A DNA stretch of 64,000 bases, taken from contig OX638149.1 in NCBI GenBank assembly GCA_951804945.1, forward strand, positions 63,364,001 to 63,428,000. Direction: 5' to 3'. The first letter of the stretch is position 1, and every line of letters begins with the position of its first letter. Shown piece after piece: positions 1 through 13,712 of the stretch. The translations under genes and the position numbers were made by a program. The stretch comes from Podarcis cretensis (lineage: Eukaryota). The notes below the pieces were generated by a model. The model was given only the letters and a program-made list of their open reading frames with translations. It ran no database searches and was not told the DNA's origin.

Positions 1-269
1 GACTCGTAATCTGGGGAACCGGTTTTGCATCTCCGCTCCTCCACATGCAGCTGCTGTGTGACCTTGGGCTAGTCACACTTCTTGAAGTCTCTCAGCCTCA
101 CTCACCTTACAGAGTGTTTGTTGTGGGGGAGGAAGGGAAAGGAGAATGTTAGCCGCTTTGAGACTCCTTTGGGTAGTGATAAAGTGGGATATCAAATCCA
201 TATCAAATCCAAACTCCTCCTCCTCCTCTTCTTCTTCTTCTTCTTCTTCTTCTTCTTCTTCTTCTTCTT
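1..269 (+). mobile_element. Squam3-type (tRNA/Ther1-MIR-derived) SINE, 5' end cut off by the window edge
   Basis: GACTCGTAATCTGG...GTGACCTTGGGCTAGTCACAC...GATATCAAATCCAAACTC followed by a (CTC)/(CTT)n tail; near-identical to copies at 7331, 50756 and 53455. Confidence 0.85.
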
Positions 270-603
270 TGGAGGGAAGGGTCGCTTATCACTGGTCTCT
301 CTCTGAACTGAGGGAGAATTAAAGCCAGAGAGTGACCACCGGAGAGATGCCCTGGTGTCTTGGGACGATGGCAGCCTTTTTCCAACAGGCACACCGCCTG
401 CGGGGGCGTGGCGCCCAGTGTAGGCGGGGAGGGCAACCGCAATGGCACCCCACTGGGATCGCGCTGCCGGGGGCGCTGCACTCCCCCCGCACTTCTCTTC
501 CTCTGCCAGTGGGGTCCGCACTCCATATCTTCCTCCTACATGAGAGTATCCCCTACCATGCTGGGTCTCCCAGTCACCTTTGAGTTTTTCTTGGGATTAG
601 GCA

Positions 604-810
604 CCATAGAATCATAGAATTTTAGAGGTGGAAGGGACTCTGAGGGGCACCTAATTTGACCCCTGCAATGCAGGAATCAAAACTAAAGCATTCATGACAG
701 ATGGCAACCCAAACTCTCTAATCTCTTAAGGTCTTCTTGAATCTCAGTTCTGTCTTCAGCAGCATTGGTTAGCCCTCCTAATTTGGTGTCATCTGCAAAT
801 TTGATTACCA
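604..810 (-). mobile_element. Degraded CR1-related fragments (3' tail plus RT motif)
   Basis: CATAGAATCATAGAAT is the reverse of the CR1 ATTCTATG tail; 735-806 on the minus strand reads IKFADDTKLGG, a CR1 RT motif. Confidence 0.6.
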
Positions 811-1681
811 TTGTGTCAAATAAGTGCTGCCTGTTTGTTTATTTAATAAACAAAACACTGAGGTCATGAATATGACACATCTGGAAGGCAACATAAAAGT
901 ACTTAAAACTGGATACAAAAATGGAGGGATTATCCTTTGGCAACAGAAGGACAATTGAAACAAAGTGCTTCTAGTGCTTACTTAATATCAATAGGCAAAA
1001 AGTTCCGCAACCCAGTGTAGACACACTAAGCATTTTTTTAAATTTATTCTTTTGGTAGAATGAGGGTGAACATTATATATGGGCCTTTGGTCTGATCTTT
1101 TTTTGTTTCCTGGGCTGCAGAGGAAGAGCTGCCTTCTACTCATGCAATGTTGGACACAAGTGATACTTATTTTATAGACTAAATTTAGCATCCTCAAAAG
1201 AGGAAAAATATACCAGAATATGGATTCTACATTTTTTTTTCATGCATTCTCATGGTGCAATGTTTATGTTCCTTGCTGGCATGGGTTTGAAGGAATATGA
1301 AACAACAGGCTGTTCTCTTGGGTTTATTATTGTCACTGCACCCTGAGATAATGCAGCAGTGATACCAGGAGATAGCAAGGTAGAAGTGATCATTATTTCT
1401 GAAACTCAGCCATGCATCAGGTAATGATTTGTTCCTATTAGCTTGGTAACACTGTGTGAATTTTATTAGCCAAAATCAGCTTTACTTCTTATTTTCTTGG
1501 CCTGGTTTCCAGCAGAGGTGTTGCTTATTGAGTAAGAAAGAAGCACAGGAGAATGAAAAAGAGAGGAGGACAATATGTGGGTTGTTGATTTTCACGTGCC
1601 AGTGAGCCTCAGCTAAGATGAAGGGGAAACGTCTACCAACAAGTTACGGTATATGGGAAGACGTTGTTTATATGTATAGAC

Positions 1682-1997
1682 CAGGGGTAGGCAAACTAAG
1701 GCACAGGGGCTGGATGCGGCCCAATCGTCTTCTCAGTCCAGCCCACAGACGGTCCAGGAATCAGTGTGTTTTTACATGAGTAGAATGTGTCCTTTTATTT
1801 AAAATGCATCTCTGGGTTATTTGTGGGGCCTACCTGCTGTTTTTACATGAGTAGAATGTGTGCTTTTATTTAAAATGAATCTCTGGGTTATTTGTGGGGC
1901 ATAGAAATTCATTCATTTCCCCCCTCAAAATATAGTCCGCCCCCCCCCAGAAGGTCTGAGGGACAGTGGACCGGCCCACGGCTGAAAAAGGTTGCTG
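1682..1997. mobile_element. hAT (Charlie-like) MITE with an internal 63-bp duplication
   Basis: Starts CAGGGGTAGGCAAACT; 8-bp flanks GTATAGAC (1674-1681) / GTGTAGAC (1998-2005); direct repeat 1767-1829 / 1838-1900. Confidence 0.75.
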
Positions 1998-2959
1998 GTG
2001 TAGACCTACCCACACCAAATTGCATTTCAGAGCTGGATCTCTGTGCAAGATCATGGAGAATTACTGAAGCGCAATTGTCTTTCAATGCAGAGACTCTCAA
2101 AAAGGTTTTTGGATGTCCCCACTCACCTGGGGCTTCAGGTGGGCAGTGTTTGCTGCCCAGTGTGGTCAAAGCTAGGACCTTCTTCCCACATGGCTGCGGG
2201 GGGGGGGGATGCCCAGCACCTCACCTTCTAGTCGCATAGGTCTGAGGAATGGAGAATATTTATGCTTCCTTAGATTAAAATGTGGCTGTGGTAATGCCTC
2301 ATGAGCTCATATCTACTAACCAGCATAACAATGTAAAGATGAGCTTTTGCTCATGTCAGATAGCTGAGGAAAAACATATGCAACATTTTCACTTCAGGCA
2401 TATGCATTGTAAGAGAAGAAGAGGATTGCCTGGACTGAGGAGGTCCCTCCCTGAATAGGGGCAGGCACATTTGTCAATTTCAATTCATCCTAGTTTCTCA
2501 TTTTTCTAATCTTGCATCCAATTCCCCTCATTTCATTGGCAATTCACATTAAACAAAATCCACATAATCATTATTATTTCCGTGCAAATTTCTAATAGTA
2601 AATGCATTTTTTTAATGCAATTTTGTCTAATATACTCATCGTTGCAAGCTCCCCCCCCCCCAATTTACGCAATTTGTGTGCTGTTTCCACTCATATATGC
2701 ATGGCTACGCACCCTTTTAACTGCATTAACTGTTGTTTGGTTGGAGGTGTACATCATAAAATTCCAAGAAGTGTGAATTTTGAAGGATAGCTGTATTTCA
2801 GTTCACAAACTGGTCTGAGAAGTGTGGCTCAAACAATAACCATTTTCCTCGCCCAGTCCTACCTGTGACTCATGTATTTATCCTTTAGATGCTAAGCTAA
2901 TGATGCAATGATTCTTCAGATTCAGACAGATGTGTTAACATTTCAACAGAATCTAATCC

Positions 2960-3370
2960 TAATAATAATAATAATTTAATTTATATCTCGCCCTCCCCAG
3001 CCAAAGCTGCTCACCTTTCTCTGGGCTCCCCAGAGCAGCTAACAACAACACAGCATTCTAAAATCAATTCATTTTAAAATCAATTCAAAATCAAATTAAA
3101 TTAATGGCAACCATTGGGCTAGAGTTCTGTGAGGATTACCAAAGTAGAGGGTCAGACTGTGCCTTAGCCAAAGGCCTGGAGGAACAGCTCTGTCTTGCAG
3201 GCCCTGCGGAAAGATGTCAAGTCCCGCAGGGCCCTAGTCTCTTGTGTTCCACCAGATCTGGGCCATGGCTGAAAAAGCCCTGGCTCTGGTTGAGGCCAGC
3301 CTAACCTCCCTGTGGCTCGGGACCTCCAAGATGTTTTTGTTTGAAGACCGTAAGGTCCTCCGTGGGACAT
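2960..3370 (-). mobile_element. L2 LINE 3' fragment
   Basis: (TAA)n tail on +; minus-strand peptide RTLRSSNKNILEVPSHREVRLASTRARAFSAMA resembles the L2 ORF2 C-terminus of the 62212-63108 copy. Confidence 0.75.
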
Positions 3371-4010
3371 CCCTAAGATTTTGCACTCGTTGCATTTCAA
3401 GTTCCTGAAATAAAAATTTGATATGAAACCAAACTGGAAAAATATGCCTAAACATTTCAGGATCTGCAAAAAAAACCACAAAAAGCAAAAAACACTTAAG
3501 CTCAGCCCACTCAACCAATTTAAATTCATTTAATTACACTTTCTGTAAAGAAGTTCACAGCTTTGTTCTTACCAGATGGAAACAGCCCCTTATGTGCGTA
3601 AATTATGCCAGTAGCTATCTTATTTTCTGCTACTTTTCTTTTTCTTTTTCTCAGTGATGACTATTATGCTTTTCTAAAAAATATATATATTTCCAATAAA
3701 CACATTATAAACACAGAGCAAATTGTCAGCTTTGTTAACTGCAAGGGGTAAAGGAAGCAGCAGAAATAGCTAGAGTATACATATAAAGGAGCTGGACACC
3801 TGCTCTGCGAAGTAGCCTATTTATAGATAAAGCTGACAGCAGTGACATTGTAAAAAGAAAGTTCTCCTTTCCACTAACTTGGCATTTGTGGATTGTTGGT
3901 CATTTGTCGGAGGATGAACACACCTCTTCGCATCTGAAAGAAGAATGATCCATAAAGCATTGCTTCATGTTGGCAATACAATCCATAGTTAACATCAGAG
4001 AGAGAGAAAG

Positions 4011-4012
<2 letters not shown>

Positions 4013-4053
<41 letters not shown>
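4013..4053. repeat. (GT)n microsatellite
   Basis: Direct reading. Confidence 0.95.
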
Positions 4054-4054
<1 letters not shown>

Positions 4055-4287
4055 CGGTAGTCACCATGAAGTTCCTACAGTAAGTTCCACACTTTAAACA
4101 TTTTTTTTGGGGGGGGGGAGGGGAGGGAAGGTGCTGGTACTGTATACCCTTGAGCACTCCCAGAAAAAAATCCCTGGGCAACATCATTCAGATCAAGAGG
4201 AGCAGGTGACAGCAAAGGTTGCAAGGTTTTTAGCTGGGGCAATTAGAATAAGATCCATTATTTGACTATTGATCCAAACCCCCAATA

Positions 4288-4554
4288 CAGTGGTAACTTT
4301 GGTTTACAGCCACAATCCGTTCCAGAGGTCCATTTGTTTAAAAAAACAAAACAAAAAAACAGGCTGTAACCCAAGGCGCGCTTTCGCCAATTGGGCTTCC
4401 AAAATTTTCTTTGTTCATAATCCAAAAAGAAAAAGAAAAAAGGTTGTAATCCCAAAAAAAAAGGTTGCAAACTGGGACACACAATTCTGGGTTTGATGTG
4501 TTTGTAATCCAAAATGTATGCAAACCAAGACATATGCAAACCTAGGTACCACTG
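4288..4554. mobile_element. Tigger/pogo-type (Tc1-mariner) MITE
   Basis: TA|CAGTGGTAAC...GGTACCACTG|TA; terminal inverted repeats and TA TSD. Confidence 0.75.
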
Positions 4555-7330
4555 TATGTATTTTATATAATTGACTTTTTACCTTTATCTTCTGTATACT
4601 GTATTTTGTTTGTTTTATTGCTGTGGCGGGTGGCTGATGCAAATAAAGATTCATTCATTCACCCAGATCGATTCAATCTCCTATTAAATCAAAGTATACA
4701 CCTCAAGAGCCATTGGCACCATCTTGCTGCTTTTGCACCACCTCTTTCAGTGCATGGGAGGTATCCAACACAGTATTTCCAACAGCACAAGCAATGGAAT
4801 GAATCTGCTGCATCTCCTCCCGCTTCACATCCCTGCAACCCCAGGAGGGTGGGGGGGGACCCAGAACAGATTTAGGGGGCACATGGGAAGAGAAGGAAAG
4901 AGGAGGTAAGTTTGGTTGCACAATCAAAAGTCCTTGCACTCACAGAACTACTTCACTGGATACCACAGGCAATGCCCTGCCATTTGTTAATTGGTAACAC
5001 TATCATCCTTGTGTGCCTTTCAGTGTAAGCAGTTGCTCACTCATCAAACATCTATGACCTTTTCAGAAACCATCTTAGCAGACACCTCTATCCCTCTTGT
5101 TTCCCATGGAACTTTTTTTTAATTACAATAATATAATATCTTTATTGTGGTCCAAAGACCCATCAAACAATTTCAGAACAAATTCAGTTAAGACAGCCAA
5201 CCACAAAAGAGAGAGGAACCAAGGCAGTCATTTTGTTTTGTCTCAAGCATGATGATCGTTGTTTCTTTTAACGTCTGAGAGAAACTTTGCCACGGCCAGT
5301 GTAATATCATTAGACCTGTCATCCAAAAGATATTTAATATGGGAGGCTTCAGATTTTCCTTCAGATTTTTTAATTATAGCAGACTATCTATTGTTTTGTC
5401 TTCTTAAAACTACAATTGCCTTCAGACTCCTCTGTTTAGTATGTTCTCAAGAACAGTCCTGCTGGCAAATACTCTGCTTTGCATTCTCTTAGAAATCCTG
5501 TCTTTGCATCCCCATCAATCCATAGTCTTCTGTGGAAACCCTCCTACAGCCTGAGAGCATTGTCCCGCTCCTTCACCAGTCACCAGCAGCAGATCTGTTT
5601 TCTTTTCCTTTTTTTTTTACTGTGGTGTAATCTGCTTTGAAGACATATGCTGAAATCCTCTGCACATCTCCTTGGGGACAAGACCTCCTGAACACAGCAG
5701 GCGTTGCTTTTGTGTAAATATGCATACGGTTGCATGCTTTTAGTCTGGGAAGACAAGCTGTATACCACGCATGAGTAATCCTATTGAAATTTGCAGTTGT
5801 AGTTGTATAAAATTGCCAGTAAGGCAATAAATGTAAGTACTAGTATTTATGACACACTTTCAAGTGGTCATTTTCAGAAATGGAATTGCCTTCACAATAA
5901 ATGTAGAAACTGCATCCACACTGCTCATTGGCCACAGTTAATAATCTTACTGCTTGTGGGTACCCTAGTGGTAAATTTATCTATTCCTCTGAGTTGCTTG
6001 ATTTCTCTTTCAGGATGTTTTGGACAAACTGCTTTCCCCCTTGTAATATAGAGAAATACTCATTGTTTAATTCATGCAGAAAAGCTCCATGGAATACATG
6101 CCTTGACATAATTTAAATTATATCTGGCTCTGCTTTCCTGTGTTCATATTTTAAACTCTGCCTTGTGAACTTTAAATTTAAGCATTTCTGGCATTTGAGG
6201 TCAGAAATCTTCACTGCAGAATTGTATATCCTTTGGATAATATATTATAACAGATCATAAATTATCTAAACCTGTTTTACAATGCTGTTGAAGAACCCTA
6301 GTTTCAATTTTTGTCCATATTTTAAAATTGGATGCTCTGAAGGGATATGGCTTTTTCTGTCCAAAAGTCACTGGAACTATCTTTTCATGCATCAATGCTA
6401 ACAAATGTAGGTGAGTGTAAGGTAACAAAGCTACATTTTAACCAACAGCAGTTCTTGCTTGTGTAGATAGCTCTTATCTTGGAAAGATGCTGGAAGGCTA
6501 GCAATGAGATGTGATCTTCCAGAAGCTATTGCAATGATTTTAATAGGTAGACCTTGAATTTGAACTCTCAGTTTTATTAATATAAAAACTAGCTCCTGTT
6601 TGCTTCCTGGCTCAGTAATCCAAAAACTGTTGCTAAGTAGGGATGGGAAAGAAATTTAATTCAATTCACACTAGAAGGCCACCCTACCTAGTTCACACTT
6701 TCCAAAACAATACACAAAATGGAAACACAACAATCCTTTGAAATTTGCACTTCTCTGAATTTTCAGATGTAGTTCTTCTACCAAGTAATCTCTACAGAAA
6801 CACATTTACTATGCTTAAGTGTGCATAAGAAACAATATATTTGTTCGAATATACAAAAATGTATTAAACTAGGCAAATTTTTCGACAAAAAAATGTATAT
6901 TAGGAGAAACTCACACTAAAATGTGAGTGTACTTTCATGAGGATAAAACTCACAAACTGATATATTCACCCACCCCTCGTTGCTGGCCAGTTAAAACCCT
7001 GAAGATAGATAGATCTAGGCATTTCAGTTCACCCACAAACACACTCTCTTCTTTCTGCCCTCACATATCCACTGAAAAAGGAAGGGAGAGAACAAAGTAG
7101 ATCTAAAATATCCCTCTATTGTCATTGTTAGCCATGTGAAATGAATCTCCATGTTCTGTGATAATGATATGGTTAGTTTTTCTACTGTCTTTTGTAAAAT
7201 TTAAAATGCATATTTCCAAAACTCAATTTTAAATCAGAAGCTAATAATAGAAAGCATGCAAATCATAGCAGTGCTTTCATTATTGATTTAAAATGTAAGC
7301 TGAACATTGTTGATTTAAAATGAAGCTGAA

Positions 7331-7565
7331 CAGTGTGGTGTAGTGGTTAAGAGCGGTAGACTCGTAATCTGGTGAACCAGGTTCACTTCCCCGCTCCTCC
7401 ACATGCAGCTGCTGGGTGACCTTGGGCTAGTCACACTTCTCTGAAGTCTCTCAGCCTCACATAGTGTTTGTTGTGGGGGAGGAAGGGAACAGGAGAATGT
7501 TAGCTGCTTTGAGAATCCTTAGGGTAGTGATAAAGCGGGATATCAAATCCAAACTCTTCTTCTTC
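7331..7565 (+). mobile_element. Squam3-type SINE
   Basis: tRNA-like head TGTGGTGTAGTGGTTAAGAGC (box A) and GGTTCACTTCC (box B), same body as 1-269, (CTT)n tail. Confidence 0.9.
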
Positions 7566-10500
7566 GTAAACAACATAGGTTTGATGCAATTCCACAGAAA
7601 GTGCAGTGCCGAGAGGGGGGGCACACATCATGGGGTATAAAGGTGTCTTGTTTACCGCTCCCCTCTTGCATCAGTGCAAGGCTGCATTGCCTCGTTCCAA
7701 ATGAGAGAACGCATGGTGGCAGTTGTAGGAGGAGGTAAAAGAATGGGAAGGAGCAACATTGCAAATGGGTAGGGCCACACTAACACCCTCTTGTGTGCAT
7801 GAAGCATACACATAGGGAGACAGACGGCCACACATACCTAGACACACACCTGCAGGCAGGTACCAACATAAACGTACTCTCACCTGCAGCCATAGCTTGA
7901 AAAGCAGAAATTAGAACTAGAACCAATGACAGGCAGAGGCAACTAAATCCAGTTTTGCCATCATTCGTTCTCTGCAGTGTTCTACAATGGCAATACTGAG
8001 ACTGACAGCAGGAAACTGACAACTGATTGTAAGTAAGAAGGCCAGCAGGTGGGGGCAGACTGAGGTTGGTGGAGCAGCCCCCAACTTGCCTTGGTGCAGC
8101 AGCCTGCACTCCTTATAACAAATCAAATTTGGCATGGGAAAATCACTAATGTAGGCAGGTATTAAGAATCCAGACCAAATTTCCCACTGGAGATCATCAT
8201 TGTCAAAGTTCATAGTACCAATCACCTCTTGAGCAGGCACATGTGTGCACATCTATTACTTCTGTTCGATTGGTGGATTGCATCTGTTGCCATTAGTTGT
8301 ACAAAAATGATCAGCTGAAAACAGAGCTGAAACAGGAAATGAAAATGGCTGCTGCACCATTGCAAAACTCTTTCCCCTCCCACCCATTGATTTATAGTAA
8401 TCTGCAAACTATGATAGCGGCAGCTAAAGAATGTAGAAGTCAATCTCAACCAGCTCTTAAAATAAGATGGATGAGAGCTGCCAATTAGTTATCATTTACT
8501 GAAAAGCTATACAATATTTTATTGCGTGCAGTGGCATTTGAAACACTTTCCATGCAGAAGGAAAGGTTTTGGTCTCCACACGCCAACTACGTTAAACATC
8601 TAATTGAATTACATTTGCAGCTGTTAATTAACATAATCAAAGTACACTCAGGTAGATAAGTTGCTATTATTACCGTATAGTGAAGGGAAGGCATTCAGCA
8701 TTAACAACTAGTGTCTTCCATTTCCATGGGAGTATTAAAATCCCAAATGCGTAATTCGATTTTATACTGCGAGGCAAAGGAGATTTGCAAAAGAGTTTCT
8801 GAGGGCGCACTAGGTATGTTCTGAGAACACTTTTCTGTGCTGCTGTGGGGTAGCAGGCAGAGAGAATGGAAGGATTATATTTACAACCCCAGAGACGGGA
8901 ATAGGAACTTGAACTTTTGAGTTGCTTACTTTCCTTCATTATTACCAAAACACAGACTGACAGTGGGCTAATATAAAGCATCTTAAAGCCCTGTTTGTTA
9001 GTTATTTATGGCTGATTTTTAAAAAAATGTTAATATATTGATTCCCAACAAACTTTCAGATAGCTTATCAACAAGACAACCCATCACAGGCACGTTTGTG
9101 TCCTAGACCTAGAATATAGTAAGAGAGGAAGGAATGTTCCTTGTATCACATCCATCTGGTCAAGTATTGTGAGCTCTGAGAGGTAACAGCTTTCTGGGAT
9201 GTCTAGCAGAGATACTGTATTTCCTACCACTGCTATCTGATCCTTGATGCCAAGGATTTAACCTGGCACCTTTTGCATGGAAAAGAAGTGCTCTACCATT
9301 GAATGACAAATGTTTTATTGGTTAAGTGGTGATGCTTAGCTATTCCTAAAAAGAACTATAATGTTCACTCTGGTCAAACGATGCTTTGATGGCAATGCAT
9401 GCAGTGAAAAAAGAGGCCATATCCAAAAGTGAAGGGGGCAACAGAGAACATGCAACCCACTGTACAAGGCAAGTCTAGAAAAAAGACTATGATGCTCTCA
9501 CCATGGCTTGAGCTGGGCATCAATAGCACAGCATCACAGGTCACAGGAGCCCTGCTTTCCCTGTTTCTTTGTCATATTTACTCTTTGAGTACAAATGCTC
9601 TACATCAGCAGTGGGGAACCAGAACTAGCTGGTGCACTGGATCCCTACAATTTGTTTCTGTGGGCCAGCTTTGACAAGTGGTTGGAGCTGCCCACCGGTG
9701 GATCACTTGATGGCACAATGACATTAGGTGACCTGTTTTCCTCTGCCCCTGTGGTTTGATTTGTAAGCACGACCCATAATCAAGTATATATGTACCCCCA
9801 CCCCTGATACCAAGTTGTTAGGCTAATTTGGAAGGCGAGTCTGATCAAGGTATGGAAGATGCCAAAGATAAATAGAACACCTGTGTTTCAAATTGCAAAG
9901 GAATTCTAGAAAGTTGTCAGCCATTTGTCTATGATAAATCAAACACACACCACAATTGCCTCATTACGTAAATCATGTTCAAAATACCACAACACACATG
10001 TAACTGGCTGTAAAGTAATATTACATTGTAATCGTTGGACTTGACTATCCTTGGACTTTACGACAATATAAACATATAGAAGATTAATAGTAATATGATA
10101 TGTTATTGTCATCAGGAACAGTGCTTTGCAATTTTTTGATATGGCGATTAGATTACAGTTTTATTATATATAATGTTATGTTACCTTACAGCCAGTTACG
10201 TGTGTGTTGTGGTATTTTGAACATGATAAATCAAAGGCAGAATGGGGACAGTCTTTGTCCATATGCTTTCTCAAAAAGCAGTTCAAATTTTGTATTGCAA
10301 CATGCAGTCTAAGGATTCTAGGTAGAAAAATAGCTGAAGGTAATTCTTGTCCCCCCTACCCTAGTATGTGTGTGGGACTACCCAGTAGGATCCACCATCT
10401 TCTAATTTTAACATTTAAGATCTATGCAGCAATGAAAGCTTCACTTCTATCATATTCTGAGTTCAGCAAATTGCCAGTGCTGTTTCGTATCCTTCTTTAA

Positions 10501-13500
10501 TATCAATGTCTGGCCTACAAAGAGCCTTTTTAGGCTTCTCATAGGGCTTGTGGATACTCTAACCAAATCACATGGTCTGGGGGTTCCTAGTCATGATATG
10601 GCATAATGATGGTAATGGCATGGGCAACCAAAAAGGACCAGATACCTTGTGTAAGGTGAATCTTATCAACTCTTGCTTAGTGAGTCACCAAGAATCTCGG
10701 GGAGGGGGCGGGAATACCCCCTGCAAGATTGGTCAGCATATCCCTGCCTAGACTCACTAGAGCATTTCTACTATCTGAGGCTGATTTGGAGCAGCATGAC
10801 CAGTTTGGTTGCACTGGGTGTGGAGTCTTGGGGGCACTACAGGGGGTGCCACAACTATGAAGTAGAATGCAAGGCAAGAGGTGGGGGACACTGGGTTTTG
10901 GCATCACACAGGGCGCCACTGAAATTTGAAACCCCAAGGTCTGCCACTTTTATGCAAGCTTTCAGTGCGGCTGTTTAGTAGAAGACAAATTTACCTGGCA
11001 TAACAGATGAAGCTTTCAGCATCCGATAGATGCTAGACAGTAACAGAAATGAACCATCTATGAAAACAATTGACTGTTTGGACTTCGGGTCTAGTTAGGA
11101 AAGTGCCTAAGCTAATTATATTTGCCATCGTTTAAAATGGTAAAGAGCCTACCTTGAAGTTAATTAGGCTTTTAGAGGTATTCACTGTTCATTATTTTAC
11201 TCCACTATGTTTTAACACAGTGTACCCACACTGAGTGTACCCACACTGTGGGCTCAGACAATGGTGATTAAGACTCATGTCCAGCATGAGTAAAAGTTTT
11301 CTGTTTTCTGTCCTTCTATTTAAGAATATATTATTTTGAATTTGTGGCAGCAGTATTGTTAAAAGATGGTGATGAGGCCGGACTAAAACTATTCCTGATG
11401 TATCATTTTTCTCTCATTCATTGCTGTTTCTAAAATGGTCTAGGATAGCATTGTCTCTAGAAAAAATTACATTATTAGTACTTCAAATATGAGCCAGGGA
11501 AATTTATGGGCATTATCTCAACTGCGAAAATAGGAGATAGCATATGACTATCAGTTAAACGAACAAATTACCAGTCCAATTCTGGCTTAAATTACAAAAA
11601 TATGAATCTCACGAATTGCCTTTAAAATCAGATAACTTACATTTCCATCACAGGTAGGGAAAATTGGCTCAAGTATTTTGGGTAAAGTAGAGAACATTAC
11701 AGTTTAATATTTCAGTACCTATATTTATGTCGTTCCAAAGCAGTTCAAGTATTAGGAGATGATATTACAGCACAGTTGTATGAGTGACTGTTGCTGTCAT
11801 TATAATAACAGCCATATAGTACATTTCACCCTAAATAGTACCAAAGATGCTGTACTATAATGCTGAAATAGCAAAGCACAGTCCATTACTTAATTGTTCA
11901 AGTTGGAACCTGAATTTCAGACTGATGACAGTGAGATGCACATTGGATACAAATCCATGCATATTCAGAAAAGATTATAATAGTTCATTTAATAATGAAG
12001 CCTAGAAAAAACAGAATAAATGGTAAATGAAGCATAAGAAAATCAGAATAGTGATGCTCAGCCAGCCTACTGCTTCAGATCTCCAAGTTGCCTTTCCAAA
12101 TGTTGCTGAAAAGAAAGATAGGGAGGAAAACAGTGGTAGACATGTCATTATTGTGTTTTCCCCATAAATGGTAAGATGGGCATAGATCAATGAACCTGCC
12201 CACCTCACAGCCACTTCTGAATCATCATTATATTTATTAATGAGCCCACAAAAAATTTAACCACTTTATGAGAAATTAATGGCATGAGATTTTCATTGCC
12301 TAGTTAAAATATTTCTGTTCTCCAAGGATTTTTAAATATTGCTGCTTTGGGCATTTTGCTACTCATATCTAAAGAAATCTCTGGCATAACTCCCTGAGCG
12401 TTCTCCATGCAAAAGACATAAATAAAACAAATATGTAAGCTGCAGATTGAAGTTTGGATATTGCCATGTGACTTGCTTGCATAGCCACAAACTTGTGTTA
12501 GTTTTATTCTTAACTATACACTTTTATTGGCTTCCTACTACTTTAGGATGCAACCCATATGCACACTTACCCAAATGTGCATTATATTGTACATTCAATT
12601 GCATGCCTTCCCCAAAGAAGCCTAGGAATCACAATTTAGTGAGTAATCACCATCCCTGCCTCTATCAATCAAACTTTGAGCTTCTTAAAGCATGAGGGGA
12701 TATATATTGCCAATTAACAAAGCCTCACTTTGAATCTTCTACAGACCCTTCCCCCTTTTCATGTTTGGTGGAGGTAGAGAGTGTTTGGAAATTTAAAGTC
12801 ACTTCCTTTACAACCATATCACATCACACAGCTCTACACTGGGGAAGTAGGAAGCAAAACGAACATTGCAAAGCATTTACCACATTGACTGGAGTTTTAT
12901 TTACATAGTTCTATAGAGCACACAAGTTGCTGTTGTTGTTTTTTACAGTTTTGCACAAGTGGCTTATCATTCTGTTCCATTTGAAATAGTTCTATGCATT
13001 TTTCAATGGTAATGATCTCATCTGTTTCTGTCATTGTATATTCTATTGCTATAACCTGGCCAGGGACGTTGTGGTGAAGGGTGGGTAAGAAATCTTAAAA
13101 CTAATATGTATACAGTGAAGGAAAACTATAAGCACATACCAAGACCTCATGCAGATATAGTAAAACATCACCTACTTTTCTTTGTGTTTCATCTGCAGAG
13201 GCTGGGAGTGAAATCTGCTGAACTTTACTCATCAGCAAATCCCATCACACTCAATGAGGGATTAGAGAGGGTGGGGGCCAAAGTAGGAGCTTGCATTTTA
13301 CACTGTCCTTTCAGTTTGGCTCTAGCTGTGCACAAGTGATGCAAGAGGGGCATTCTCGCCCACATTAAAAAGGCTTCCAATCAATTCAATGGGGTCTACC
13401 ATAGCACTGCAGTACAGCTGCTTATGTGCATCCAAATGTCTGGATCTATATCTGCACTGCCCACATGTACATGTGTTTCCCATGCTGGTTTAGGGCATTC

Positions 13501-13609
13501 TTATGTTTAACTTTGCTTAACTTTCATGTGCCATTGATGATAGCAGACTTCTCTCTGACTTTGTCCACATGTGCGATGAAGGCAAAAGAAGAGGAGAAAC
13601 CAACATGGT

Positions 13610-13712
13610 TTCTTCCAGATTTTGTTGGACTGCAACTCCCATGATCCCTGACCATTGGCCATGCTGGCTGGGGCTGATGAGAACTGGAGTCCAACAACTT
13701 CTGTAGACCATC
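13610..13712. mobile_element. Small palindromic non-autonomous DNA element (related copies near 46340-46475 and 57425-57540)
   Basis: CAGATTTTGTTGGACT...AGTCCAACAACTTCTG inverted arms around GGCCATGCTGGCTGGGGCTGATG, a core shared with the other copies. Confidence 0.55.

Noticed and set aside
82-617. Overlapping ORFs with poly-F/K/R runs
   Set aside because: Translations of the SINE (CTT)n tail and an adjacent GC-rich repeat remnant
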